Shown in pieces: positions 1 through 9,177 of a DNA stretch of 64,000 nucleotides. How positions within the stretch are numbered: the stretch's first letter is position 1; each line of letters starts with the position of its first letter. The position numbers and the translations under genes were made by a program. A model generated the notes under the pieces. That model made no database searches. It was not told the DNA's origin and saw only the letters and a list, made by a program, of their open reading frames with translations. This DNA comes from Deltaproteobacteria bacterium GWB2_55_19 (GTDB taxonomy: Bacteria; Desulfobacterota; GWC2-55-46), in assembly GCA_001797465.1 (NCBI GenBank), contig MGPQ01000009.1, forward strand, positions 65,009-129,008, read 5' to 3'.

Positions 1-287
1 CCGAGACAGAAGGTCTCCCCACGGCGCTACTTGAGGCGATGAGCTACGGGAACGCCTGCCTTGTGAGCGACATACCCGAGAACATCGAGGCGTTGAACTC
101 GCTCGGCTTCACATTCAGGACAAAGGACGCAGACGACCTGGCCGAAAAAATAAAAGCCCTCTCAGGGGAAGGCGCGAAGATCGAGAAACTCAGGCCAAAG
201 GCAAAAAAATATGTACTTGAAAATTTTTCGTGGGATAATATAGCGGTGGAATTTGAAGAGCTTTATAAAAAAGCGCTGACGAATTAA
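1..287 (+). CDS. Glycosyltransferase (GT-B/group 1-like), C-terminal fragment. The 5' end lies outside the window.
   Basis: The ORF is open to position 1. The C-terminal motif (...GNACLVSDIPENIEAL...FTF...DDLAEKIKAL...) resembles the C-terminal half of group-1 glycosyltransferases. Confidence 0.55.
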   Translation, partial: ETEGLPTALLEAMSYGNACLVSDIPENIEALNSLGFTFRTKDADDLAEKIKALSGEGAKIEKLRPKAKKYVLENFSWDNIAVEFEELYKKALTN

Positions 288-463
288 ATAACAACCAATT
301 CAGGAAGAGTATCTTCGAACGCAAGAAATGGCCTTTAGACAAGACGTGCGACGAGGAAAACCGCAGGCGTACTTGGTGTGTACGTCGAGGATTTTCCGAG
401 GAGCACAACGCAGTATAAGGCCATTTATCGCGTTCGCCACAATCAACCGGAACGGAAAAAACG

Positions 464-1453
464 ATGAACCCGATAAAATTTGCCAGCGTTATCGTAACCT
501 ACCGCTGTAACGCCAAATGCCACATGTGCAACACCTGGCAGTACCCATCGAAGAGTGAAGAGGAAATAGGCATACCCGTTTACCAAAAACTCCCCTATCT
601 GAATACCGTCAACGTCACCGGCGGCGAGCCGTTCTTAAGGAAGGACCTTGACGAGATAGTCGAGGTCTTGAAGACGAAGTCCAAGAGGCTCGTCATAAGC
701 TCGAACGGGTACTTCACCGACCGGGTATTGCGGCTTTTCGAGAAGCACAGGGACATAGGCATAAGGATAAGCATAGAGGGGCTTCCAAAGGCCAACGACG
801 AGCTCCGGGGCTTAAGCGACGGCTTCGACCGAGGCATAAGGACGCTTATTGAGCTCAACCGCATGGGCGTAAAGGACATAGGCTTCGGCATCACGGTTAC
901 CGACAGGAACGCTAAAGACGTGATGGAGCTCTACCACCTCGCCAGGATGATGGGCCTGGAATTCGCCACAGCCGCGATACACAACGCCTTCTACTTCCAC
1001 AAGTTCGACAACGAGTTCAAGGACCCGGACGCGGCGAGCGCCGAGTTCAAGAGGCTCATAGCTGAACTACTTAAATCCAACAAGGTCAAGGACTGGTTCA
1101 GGGCGTACTTCAACTACGGGCTCGTCAACTACATCAAGGGCAACCCGAGGCTGTTGCCATGCGAGATGGGCATGGACTCATTCTTCCTCGACCCCTGCGG
1201 GCAGATACTCCCATGCAACGTCCTGAACGAGCCGATGGGCAACCTTAAGGACGCCTCCTTTGACGAGATATGGAAGGGCGCGCGCGCCGAAGAGGTGAGG
1301 AAGATGGTCCGGGGGTGCTCTGAGCGGTGCTGGATGATAGGGTCGGTCGCCCAACAGATGAAAAAACGCATTTCAGAGCCCGCGCTCTGGGTATTAAAAC
1401 ACAAGTTTCTGGGCAAGAAGCTGGAGGACTCCTGCGTATTCGCTAAGAAATAG
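464..1453 (+). CDS. Radical SAM enzyme with a C-terminal SPASM/twitch-like cysteine cluster.
   Basis: The N-terminal CNAKCHMC is a CX3CX2C 4Fe-4S/AdoMet motif. The C-terminal cysteines are PCEMG...DPCGQILPC...GCSERC. The protein is 329 aa. Confidence 0.75.
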   Translation: MNPIKFASVIVTYRCNAKCHMCNTWQYPSKSEEEIGIPVYQKLPYLNTVNVTGGEPFLRKDLDEIVEVLKTKSKRLVISSNGYFTDRVLRLFEKHRDIGIRISIEGLPKANDELRGLSDGFDRGIRTLIELNRMGVKDIGFGITVTDRNAKDVMELYHLARMMGLEFATAAIHNAFYFHKFDNEFKDPDAASAEFKRLIAELLKSNKVKDWFRAYFNYGLVNYIKGNPRLLPCEMGMDSFFLDPCGQILPCNVLNEPMGNLKDASFDEIWKGARAEEVRKMVRGCSERCWMIGSVAQQMKKRISEPALWVLKHKFLGKKLEDSCVFAKK

Positions 1454-1524
1454 GAGTGTATAGTCAAAACCCCATTAAGTACATGCCTATGCCTTTCCCG
1501 CGCTCCTTGCGGTATAATTGACGC

Positions 1525-2715
1525 ATGACCTCAAGGATAATCCTTTTTCTTGCTGTCTATATCGCCGCGCACCTCTTCCTCTGCTTCTCGTTCGCGCGCC
1601 TTTTCCAGCTCCCGAAGGGGCGGGCAAGGATAGCGTTATTCGCCGGGATTTTCATCCTTGGCCTCAGCCACATACTCTCCATAGTCCTTCTCCGGATTGA
1701 CTACAACGCCTTCACAAGGGCGCTTTACGCGATTACCGCCGCGTGGACAGGCCTTGCGCTAAACCTCCTGATGACGGCGGTCGTCTGCCTCATCTTGTCC
1801 CTCGTCTTTTCCCTCGCAGGCAAAAGGGCATACACGCGCAGGGCCGCCTTAGCCCTGTTTACGGCGGCGTTCCTGTTTTCGGTATACGGCGTCTGGAACG
1901 CATTCCACCCCGTAATAAAGACAGTCGAGGTGGATCTCCCGGGGCTCCCCGAGGTCTGGCGCAAAAAAACTGTTCTGCAGATAACGGACGCGCACTTAGG
2001 CGCTGTCTACTCTCCAAAGCATATGGAAAAAATGGCGGAGCGAATCAACTCGCTCGACCCTGACCTGATCTTCATAACAGGCGACCTCTTTGACGGGATG
2101 AGCTCGGGCAAACTCAACGACTTCGTTGCCTCCATCGACTCATTGAAGGCGAAGGACGGCGTCTTCTTCGTAACAGGCAACCACGAGGGCTACATAGGGC
2201 TCGACCTGGTCTTCGAAACGCTCTCGCGTACGAAGGTAAAGGTCCTCCGCGACGACGTGGCGATAGTCGACGGCGTCCAGATAATCGGCGTGGATTATCC
2301 GGTCTACGGCGCCGCGAGAGATGTGGAAGCAATTGTCCGCAAAAGGCCCGGCTTCAAAGACGGCGCGCCCTCTATTCTCCTCTATCACACGCCGACGTCC
2401 ATCGACCGGACGTCCTCTGCTTCCTTCGGAGAGCACCAGTCAAGGACTTATCTAAGGCCAAAGGTCGACTTTACCGCCGCCAAAAGTCTCGGGGTGAAGG
2501 TCCAGCTCTCGGGGCACACCCACGGCGGGCAGATATACCCGTTCGTCTGGCTCGCCGATTACCTCTACAACGGCTATTCCTACGGGCTTAAAAGGGACGG
2601 CGGGTTTTCCATCTATATTTCAAGCGGACTCGGGACCTTCGGCCCGCCGATGAGGACAGGGACGAGGCCGGAGATAGTAGTAGTGAGGTTTGAGGACGCG
2701 GCAAGGGCGGAATGA
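1525..2715 (+). CDS. Membrane-anchored metallophosphoesterase (calcineurin-like).
   Basis: About five N-terminal hydrophobic helices precede the motifs ITDAHLG, GDLFDG, GNHE and GHTHGGQ. Confidence 0.75.
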   Translation: MTSRIILFLAVYIAAHLFLCFSFARLFQLPKGRARIALFAGIFILGLSHILSIVLLRIDYNAFTRALYAITAAWTGLALNLLMTAVVCLILSLVFSLAGKRAYTRRAALALFTAAFLFSVYGVWNAFHPVIKTVEVDLPGLPEVWRKKTVLQITDAHLGAVYSPKHMEKMAERINSLDPDLIFITGDLFDGMSSGKLNDFVASIDSLKAKDGVFFVTGNHEGYIGLDLVFETLSRTKVKVLRDDVAIVDGVQIIGVDYPVYGAARDVEAIVRKRPGFKDGAPSILLYHTPTSIDRTSSASFGEHQSRTYLRPKVDFTAAKSLGVKVQLSGHTHGGQIYPFVWLADYLYNGYSYGLKRDGGFSIYISSGLGTFGPPMRTGTRPEIVVVRFEDAARAE

Positions 2716-2875
2716 AGCATACGATAAAAGAGGCCTATTTGATTCAATCTGAAAGGTTGCTGAAAAAGCTCTAGATGCGAGGCGTCGAGTAGCGAGGAGG
2801 GAGGCGTACTTTTTTGTACGCCGCAGTGACGCGCGACGATGACAACAAAGCAGATGGACTTTTTGAGCAACCTTG

Positions 2876-3604
2876 CTAAGTTTCCAGCTTCCCCATGAAC
2901 ACCCGCTCCAAAATGCCGCTTGTGCGCAGCCCCTCTGCCGTCTCTTCCGCTACGACCTTGCCCTTGTCGAGCACATAGGCGCGGTCGACAATCCCCAGGA
3001 GGGATTTAAGGTTGTGCTCGACGACCATGACTGAGGTCCCCTTGGACTCGTTTATCTCCTTTATCTTCGCGAAGACCTCCTTGATAATCTTCGGCGAGAG
3101 TCCAAGCGACGGCTCGTCCAGAAGTAGCGCCCTCGGCCCTGCCACAAGCCCCCTCGCTATGGCGAGCATCTGTTGCTCCCCGCCTGAAAGCGCCCTCGCC
3201 TTCAACTTCCTCTTTTTTTTAAGGGCAGGGAAGAACGCGAGCGCCTCCTCCACCCGGCGCGCCGTCTCCTCGCGGTCTTTCAAAAAGTAAGCGCCGATCT
3301 CCAGGTTCTCTTCGATTGAGAGGCGCGTAAATACCCTCCGCCCCTGCGGCACGAGGACGACGCCCCGGCGGACCATCTCGTGCACGACAGGCGTAAACGG
3401 CCTGCCCTCAAGCATGACCTGGCCGGACGCGAGCGGGGCGAGCCCGAAGGCCGCCTTCAGGACGGTGGACTTACCAGCGCCGTTCGGCCCCATGAGCGCG
3501 ACTATCTCGCCCCTCCTAAGCGAGACGTCGACCTTATCGAGCGCCTTGACGCCCCCGTAAAGTACCGATACGCCTTTCAGATGCAAGAGGTCTTCTTTTT
3601 TCAT
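2876..3604 (-). CDS. livF: Branched-chain amino-acid ABC transporter ATP-binding protein LivF.
   Basis: Walker A (GPNGAGKST), the LSGGEQQ signature and Walker B (LLLDEP). It is the last gene of the liv operon. Confidence 0.85.
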   Translation of the reverse strand: MKKEDLLHLKGVSVLYGGVKALDKVDVSLRRGEIVALMGPNGAGKSTVLKAAFGLAPLASGQVMLEGRPFTPVVHEMVRRGVVLVPQGRRVFTRLSIEENLEIGAYFLKDREETARRVEEALAFFPALKKKRKLKARALSGGEQQMLAIARGLVAGPRALLLDEPSLGLSPKIIKEVFAKIKEINESKGTSVMVVEHNLKSLLGIVDRAYVLDKGKVVAEETAEGLRTSGILERVFMGKLET

Positions 3605-3623
3605 CGTTCCATATCGCCGCCCG

Positions 3624-4382
3624 TTACTCGCCGAGATACGCCTCTATGACGTCTCTCCTCTCAAGCACCTCAGCCGGGCTTCCCTCGGCGAGGAACCTGC
3701 CGCTGTCCATCACTATCACGTGGTCTGAGAGCTCCCGGATGAGGTCCATGTTGTGCTCTATGAGGATGACCGTCCTCCCCTCGTCCCGCAACTCCCGGAT
3801 GATGGATGACACGGTCTTGACCATCTTAGGGAAGAGCCCCGCGAACGGCTCGTCAAATATAATTATATCCATCTGCCTCCCGGCTGAGACGGCGAGCACC
3901 CTCGCTATCTCAAGAAGCTTCCTCTGCCCGTAGGAGAGACCGGAGGCGAGCCCGCCCCTCTTTTCCCATAGCCCTACTTTCTTCAACGCCTCTTCGGCCT
4001 GCCTTTCGTGAAATGCGCCGTGCCTCTCGAAGAGCGCGCCGAAAACAGACCTCTCGGTCAGGACGACGAGGACATTATCAATGACCGGCATCTGCTCAAA
4101 GAGCCGCACCTCCTGGAAGGTCCGCGCCATGCCGTAGGAAGGCATGTCAAAAGGCCTTATCTTTTTGAGCGTTACCGTGCCGTGGAGGACAACGCACCCG
4201 CCGTCGATTTCTGCGAGCCCGCTTAAGACGTTCGTAAGTGTGGTCTTCCCAGAGCCGTTCGGACCGATGACGCTCGTAACCTTGCCCTTGGCGATTGAAA
4301 TAGAGAGGTCGTCCACCGCACGCACGCCGTCGAAGCGCTTCGTAAGGCCCTTTGTCTTGAGTATGGCGTCTGTCTTTGTCAC
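3624..4382 (-). CDS. livG: Branched-chain amino-acid ABC transporter ATP-binding protein LivG.
   Basis: GPNGSGKTT Walker A, an LSYGQRK signature and an IIFDEP Walker B. It overlaps livM by 4 nt. Confidence 0.85.
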   Translation of the reverse strand: MTKTDAILKTKGLTKRFDGVRAVDDLSISIAKGKVTSVIGPNGSGKTTLTNVLSGLAEIDGGCVVLHGTVTLKKIRPFDMPSYGMARTFQEVRLFEQMPVIDNVLVVLTERSVFGALFERHGAFHERQAEEALKKVGLWEKRGGLASGLSYGQRKLLEIARVLAVSAGRQMDIIIFDEPFAGLFPKMVKTVSSIIRELRDEGRTVILIEHNMDLIRELSDHVIVMDSGRFLAEGSPAEVLERRDVIEAYLGE

Positions 4383-5245
4383 AGCTTGAACTCCCCGAAG
4401 AGCCCCTGCGGCCTGTAGAGCATGAGAACGACGAGAAACAGCCCGTAGACGACGTGCCGCATCTGCGCGGCGATTGCCTGCGGGAAACCCGCGAACCTGA
4501 GCGCCTCTGGCAACAGGACGAGGACGAGCGCGCCTATAACAGAGCCCTTGAGGCTTGAGAGCCCGCCGAAGATGATTATGGCGAGTATGAAGACCGACTC
4601 CATCACGGTGAAGCTCGACGGGTCGACGAAGTTTATGTAGGAAGCGACGAGAGACCCGGCGACAGCCGCCATCCCGGCGGATATTACGAATATGGCGAGC
4701 TTGAAATATACGGTGTTGTAGCCGAAGACCTGTATCGCCTTTTCGTCCTCCCTGATCGACTTAAGGACCCTGCCGAACGACGAGCGCGCCACAAACCTGG
4801 CGGCAAGGAATGTGAGGGCGAGGAAGCAGGCGGCAAGCGCGAGGAAAAATACTCCGGAGGAAAAATCCATCCCGAAAAGCGCGGGCCTCGGCACGCCAGG
4901 AATGCCAAGCGGCCCGCGTGTAAGCCCGTGCCAATTGAGGAACACGCTGTAGATTATGACGTTGAAGCCTAATGAAACGAGGGCGTAGTAATCCCCGTCG
5001 AACCTGGAGAGGACCGCTCCTATGAGAAAGGCGGCTCCGGCCGAGGCGGCTATGCCTGCTGCCATTGAAGCGAAGAAGTTTACTCCAAGGCTTGTCGTCA
5101 GTATGGCTGTTGAGTACGCGCCTATGCCGTAGAAGGCCGCGTGCCCGCTCGCCAGCAAACCCGTGTAGCCTACGACGAGGTTCAGACTCAAGCCGAGGAT
5201 GGCGTATATGATGACAAGGGTCGCAAGGTGCAGTATGTAGTCCAT
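4379..5245 (-). CDS. livM: Branched-chain amino-acid ABC transporter permease LivM.
   Basis: Polytopic membrane protein in the expected position in the liv operon. Confidence 0.8.
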   Translation of the reverse strand: MDYILHLATLVIIYAILGLSLNLVVGYTGLLASGHAAFYGIGAYSTAILTTSLGVNFFASMAAGIAASAGAAFLIGAVLSRFDGDYYALVSLGFNVIIYSVFLNWHGLTRGPLGIPGVPRPALFGMDFSSGVFFLALAACFLALTFLAARFVARSSFGRVLKSIREDEKAIQVFGYNTVYFKLAIFVISAGMAAVAGSLVASYINFVDPSSFTVMESVFILAIIIFGGLSSLKGSVIGALVLVLLPEALRFAGFPQAIAAQMRHVVYGLFLVVLMLYRPQGLFGEFKL

Positions 5246-5267
5246 CTTTTCTTTCCTGACGCGTCCG

Positions 5268-6131
5268 TTATCTCTTAATTATCCCCTGGGGCCTGAATAC
5301 GAGAAAGACTATAAGAAGTAGGAACGAGACCGCGTCCTTCCATTCGCCTGGTATCATCCAAATCCCGAGGTTCTCGACGAGCCCCAGGAGAAAAGCGCCG
5401 AGCACGCCCCCATAAATATTACCGACCCCTCCAATAATGGAAGCGATGACGCCCTTAAGCAGGAGCCCCATGCCCATCGTCGGCTGTATGCCGGTGTCGA
5501 ACCCGACGAGTATCCCGGCGAGCCCGGCAAGGGCCGAGCCTATGAAAAATACATAGCCCGTGACCCTGCCTGTATTTATGCCGACCATCCTCGCGACTTC
5601 CTCGTCGTCGCTTATCGCCCTTACGGCCTTTCCGAAGGACGTGCCGTTAAGGAGCGCGGCCAGGCCGAGCATAGAGGCCAGGCTTGAGAATATTATAATG
5701 ACCTGGGTCCGCGTGACGACGCCGCCGAGCACGCTCAACGCCTCCTGCCCGGCGGTCTCAGAGAGCGTCTGGAACTGGCTGGTAAAGATGATGGAGAGGG
5801 CCGCCTGCGCAGTCGTAAAGACGCCGAGCGAGGCTACGAGGAGGACGAGGTTGGAGGCCTTCCTCTTCCGGAGCTTCGAGTAGACGAGCCTGTCGAAGCC
5901 GTAACCCGCAAGGCCCGCTATCGCGACCCCCGTGGCGACGCTGAGATAAATATTCAGCCCGAGCATTTTTGAGAGCGTGAAGAAGGCATACCCGCCGATC
6001 GCGGCGAGGACCCCGTGCGCGAGGTTAAAAAACCTTGTGACCCCGTAGATGAGATTGAAGCCGAGCGCCATGAGCGCGTAGAGGGCGCCCGCCATAACGC
6101 CGTTCAGGATGAGTTGAGAGAGGATTTCCAT
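5268..6131 (-). CDS. livH: Branched-chain amino-acid ABC transporter permease LivH.
   Basis: Polytopic permease in the expected position in the liv operon. Confidence 0.8.
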   Translation of the reverse strand: MEILSQLILNGVMAGALYALMALGFNLIYGVTRFFNLAHGVLAAIGGYAFFTLSKMLGLNIYLSVATGVAIAGLAGYGFDRLVYSKLRKRKASNLVLLVASLGVFTTAQAALSIIFTSQFQTLSETAGQEALSVLGGVVTRTQVIIIFSSLASMLGLAALLNGTSFGKAVRAISDDEEVARMVGINTGRVTGYVFFIGSALAGLAGILVGFDTGIQPTMGMGLLLKGVIASIIGGVGNIYGGVLGAFLLGLVENLGIWMIPGEWKDAVSFLLLIVFLVFRPQGIIKR

Positions 6132-6181
6132 TAGATGATTTCTGGGACACGTCTTTCCAATAGACTGCTAAAAAAGTCCGG

Positions 6182-7306
6182 CTACTTCGCGCCTGCGGCC
6201 TTGCCGCCCCTTACTTCCCTTACGGAATAGTCGGCGTTCTTTATATCGCCGTTGGCGTCAAAGGTATAGTTGTCCGCTATGCCCTTGTAGTCGGCTACCC
6301 CGTAGATGCCTTTTTTTATGAGGACGGTGTCGGTCCCTGCGGTCTCCATGACGGATGCGAGTATTTTAAGGGCGTCGTAGGCGCGCGGCGCGTAGACGTT
6401 TATCTCCTTGCCGCCGGTCTTTTTAGACAAGGCGTCGACAAACCCTTCCGGATAGGCCTTGTTGGCGGGCTCAAGGTACATGGCGCCATCGCCGTCGCCC
6501 TTTACGCTCTCCCAAATCTTGGGGTCGCTCCACGCGTCCGCGCCAAAGACCGGCGCCTTGACGCCGAGCTCTCTCATCTGCCGGAGGCCCACTATGGTCC
6601 CCTCGGTGTAGCTCACAAAATATACGAGCTCGGGGTTGGCGGCCTTTATCTTTACAAGCTGGCCTCTTAAGTCCCTGCTGTCCTGCGGGAAGGCCTCTTC
6701 CCCGACTATCTCTCCGCCGAGTCTCACGAACTCGGCCTTGAAGGAATCGTTCACGCCGAGGCACCAGTCAGATAGGCACTTAAGGAGCGCAACACGCTGT
6801 TTGTTGAGCTTCGTCCTTACATACTTCGCGGCGTAGACGCCCTGGAAGGAGTCCGACGGCACGTTCCTGAAGATGTAGTCGCCCGCGTTCGTTATGCCGG
6901 GGTTTGTCGAGCCTGCGGACAGGAGTATCACCTTCGATTTTTCGGCGAGCGGGGCCATGGCGAGCGTTTCCGAAGAGCAGAGCCCGCCAATAATCGCCGT
7001 CACTTTGTCGATGTTTATTAGTTTGTTGGCGGCGTTGGCTGCCTCCTTGGGGTCGCATTTGCCGTCCTCGTAGATAATCTCTATCTTTTTGCCCTTTATG
7101 CCGCCTGCGGAGTTTATCTCGTCGCTCGCGAGCTCGACGGCCGCCTTCATGTTCTCGCCGATGTAGGCGAGATCGCTCGTCAACGGCCCCACGGACCCTA
7201 TCCTTATTATGTTCGCCTCCCCGGCTTCCTTGCCGGACTTCGAGCACCCGGCCGCGAGGGATATGAGCGCAATTACTCCGAAGAGGGCCTTGAAGGTCTT
7301 TTTCAT
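6182..7306 (-). CDS. livK: Branched-chain amino-acid ABC transporter substrate-binding lipoprotein (LivK/LivJ family).
   Basis: Type I periplasmic binding fold. The likely start is MKKTFKALFGVIALISLAAGC, a lipobox, 13 codons inside the longest ORF. First gene of the operon. Confidence 0.8.
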   Translation of the reverse strand: MKKTFKALFGVIALISLAAGCSKSGKEAGEANIIRIGSVGPLTSDLAYIGENMKAAVELASDEINSAGGIKGKKIEIIYEDGKCDPKEAANAANKLINIDKVTAIIGGLCSSETLAMAPLAEKSKVILLSAGSTNPGITNAGDYIFRNVPSDSFQGVYAAKYVRTKLNKQRVALLKCLSDWCLGVNDSFKAEFVRLGGEIVGEEAFPQDSRDLRGQLVKIKAANPELVYFVSYTEGTIVGLRQMRELGVKAPVFGADAWSDPKIWESVKGDGDGAMYLEPANKAYPEGFVDALSKKTGGKEINVYAPRAYDALKILASVMETAGTDTVLIKKGIYGVADYKGIADNYTFDANGDIKNADYSVREVRGGKAAGAK

Positions 7307-7417
7307 GGTTTTTCCTTTGGATAAGATATTTCGAAAAATTATCATAATGAGGGGCCGGAATCAATTCAGAAGTGTCTTGAAAAGCCGCGGTATGGAAACT
7401 CCGGGGAAAAGGTGGTA

Positions 7418-7450
7418 TAAAATAAAGGCGGACTGCTTGCGTAGCCCGCC
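7418..7450 (-). terminator. Probable intrinsic terminator after the SBBP-repeat gene.
   Basis: Minus-strand hairpin GGCGGGCTACGCAAGCAGTCCGCC followed by TTTATTTTAT. Confidence 0.45.
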
Positions 7451-7487
7451 TTATTAAATAAAAAGAATCGGGACTATACCGGTTTTT

Positions 7488-8819
7488 TTATTGCCTTACC
7501 CCGTTCGTATCATACTTGAGCAGAAAGATATCGGACGATCCCGCGCTCGTATTCCCGTCGAGACCGCCATAGGTATATCCTGTCACATATATTTCGCCGG
7601 TACTCTCTACGGCAATGCTATAACCGCCTTCGCCAGATGACGTCCCGAATTGCTGGATCCATTGTTTTGCGCCAGTTGAATCGTATTTCAACAGAAAGAT
7701 ATCGTTCGAACCTGCACTCGTATTACCGTCGAAGCCGCCATAGGTATATCCTGTCACATAAACATTGCCGCTGCTGTCGAGGGCAACGCCTTCAGCATTG
7801 TCATAATTTGACGTTCCGAGTTGCTGCGTCCATTGTTTTGCGCCGGCTGAATCATATTTAACCAGAAAAACATCAGGTAATCCTGCGCTCGTATTACCGT
7901 CAAGGCCGCCATAGGCATATCCTGTCACATAAACATTGCCGCTACTGTCGACGGCAACGCCTTCAGCAAATTCCTCACTTGACGTTCCTAATTGCTGTGT
8001 CCATTGTTTTGTGCCGGATGAATCGTATTTCACCAAAAAGATATCGGGTGCGGCGCTAAAGTAAGGGCCGGCAGAGGTAGCGCCTGTCACATAGACATTG
8101 CCGCTACTGTCAAGGGCAACATCATAAGCGTAATCACTATTACCTGATATTCCGAATTGCTGCGTCCATTGTCTTGCGCCGGTTGAATCGTATTTAACAA
8201 GAAAAACATCGGTACCTCCTGCGCTCGTATTACCGTCAAGTCCGCCATAGGTATATCCTGTCACATAGATGTCGCCGCTGCTGTCGAGGGCAACGCCTTC
8301 AGCATTGTCATAATTTGACGTTCCGAGTTGCCGCGTCCATTGTTTTGCGCCGGTTGAATCGTATTTCACCAGAAAGATATCGTACGAACCTGCGCTCGTA
8401 TTCCCGTCGAGACCGCCATCGGTAAAGCCTGTCACATAGGTGTTGCCGCTATTGTCGACGGCAACGCCTTCAGCGTAATCATCCCCTGCCGTTCCGATTT
8501 GCCGCGTCCATTGTTTTGCGCCGGTTGAATCGTATTTAACAAGAAAAACATCGGGACCTCCTGCGCTCGTATTACCGTCAAGGCCGCCGTAGGTAAAGCC
8601 TGCCGCATAAATGTTGCCGCTATTGTCGATGGCAACGTCCTTAGCGTAATCATCACTTGACGTACCGAATTGCCGCGCCCCTGTCCATCCTGATGGAGTA
8701 GTGTCGGTTGGAGTAGTGCCAGATGGGATTGGGGCCTCACCGCCGCATGACACCAGTGAAACCGAAGGAAATAAAACAAAAAACCAAAATAGGGCCTTAA
8801 AAGTGATCTCCCGATACAT
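7488..8819 (-). CDS. Secreted lipoprotein of about eight tandem SBBP (beta-propeller) repeats.
   Basis: Signal peptide plus lipobox LVSCGG. The ~50-aa unit SGN[IV]Y[AV]TG[FY]TYGGLDGNTSAG..D[IV]FLVKYDS.G.KQWT.Q.GT is reiterated. Confidence 0.7.
   Translation of the reverse strand: MYREITFKALFWFFVLFPSVSLVSCGGEAPIPSGTTPTDTTPSGWTGARQFGTSSDDYAKDVAIDNSGNIYAAGFTYGGLDGNTSAGGPDVFLVKYDSTGAKQWTRQIGTAGDDYAEGVAVDNSGNTYVTGFTDGGLDGNTSAGSYDIFLVKYDSTGAKQWTRQLGTSNYDNAEGVALDSSGDIYVTGYTYGGLDGNTSAGGTDVFLVKYDSTGARQWTQQFGISGNSDYAYDVALDSSGNVYVTGATSAGPYFSAAPDIFLVKYDSSGTKQWTQQLGTSSEEFAEGVAVDSSGNVYVTGYAYGGLDGNTSAGLPDVFLVKYDSAGAKQWTQQLGTSNYDNAEGVALDSSGNVYVTGYTYGGFDGNTSAGSNDIFLLKYDSTGAKQWIQQFGTSSGEGGYSIAVESTGEIYVTGYTYGGLDGNTSAGSSDIFLLKYDTNGVRQ
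7510..8690. repeat. Tandem ~150-nt coding repeats inside the SBBP gene.
   Basis: Long near-identical DNA blocks, for example ttgaatcgtatttcaccagaaagatatcg... and ccgccataggtatatcctgtcacata..., recur with a ~150-nt period. Confidence 0.8.
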
Positions 8820-8953
8820 ATTCCCTCATAAAATTTTATAAGGCGGGCTCAGACCATTAAAAGGGGGTGGTTCAACACAAGTAAAATACAACAAGGGGGT
8901 TCCGGCTTGAGCCAAAACCCCCTATGGCAAAAAGATTACGGCCTCGATTTTCT

Positions 8954-9029
8954 TGGCGTCCCCACAGGGATTCGAACCCTGGTCGCCGCCGTGAAAGGGC
9001 GGTGTCCTTGGCCTCTAGACGATGGGGAC
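8954..9029 (-). tRNA. tRNA-Glu (anticodon TTC) with encoded CCA.
   Basis: The reverse complement GTCCCCATCGTCTAGAGGCCAAGGACACCGCCCTTTCACGGCGGCGACCAGGGTTCGAATCCCTGTGGGGACGCCA folds as a cloverleaf. The anticodon loop is CTTTCAC. Confidence 0.9.
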
Positions 9030-9156
9030 TCTAAAAATTGTTATTTTTCCTGATCTCTGCGTCAGGTCGGAACTAAAAATGCTCACATATTACCATATAT
9101 GCTGCGCTTTTTATTTCCGCCCTTCCTTGACCTCAGAAAAAATTCCTAATTTTCAG
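9030..9156 (-). mobile_element. MITE-like ~127-bp repeat, copy A, between tRNA-Lys and tRNA-Glu.
   Basis: Over 85% identical to 48506..48648 and to the flanks of 37207..37434. Terminal inverted repeats are CTCTAAAAATT and AATTTTTAGAG. The right inverted repeat abuts nucleotide 1 of tRNA-Glu. Confidence 0.7.
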
Positions 9157-9177
9157 TTATTAATAACTTATGTTTAA

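Noticed and set aside
328-510. A 60-aa ORF upstream of the radical-SAM gene as a possible RiPP precursor.
   Set aside because: It overlaps the radical-SAM start. It has no ribosome-binding site and no Gly/Cys-rich core or leader-like features. The translation is basic low-complexity typical of off-frame GC-rich DNA.
6780-7364. Large antisense ORFs inside real genes, for example 194 aa opposite livK, 6780..7364, 25022..25633 and 50125..51012.
   Set aside because: Arg/Gly/Pro-rich translations without ribosome-binding sites are typical spurious frames in high-GC DNA. Each is fully contained in a well-supported gene on the other strand.
7637-8779. ORFs of 74 and 115 aa inside and antisense to the SBBP gene.
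   Set aside because: They are artefacts of the repeated GC-rich coding sequence. They have no ribosome-binding site and repeat-derived low-complexity translations.
7488-8819. Periodic direct repeats that could be mistaken for a CRISPR array or satellite.
   Set aside because: The repeats are ~150 nt and lie entirely inside one open reading frame. Each encodes a ~50-aa SBBP beta-propeller unit. There are no unique spacers and no cas genes nearby.
9029-9060. Possibility that the repeat next to tRNA-Glu is an integrase attachment site of an island.
   Set aside because: No integrase, excisionase or phage genes occur within 10 kb. The repeat has terminal inverted repeats and other non-tRNA copies, so it is better explained as a MITE.
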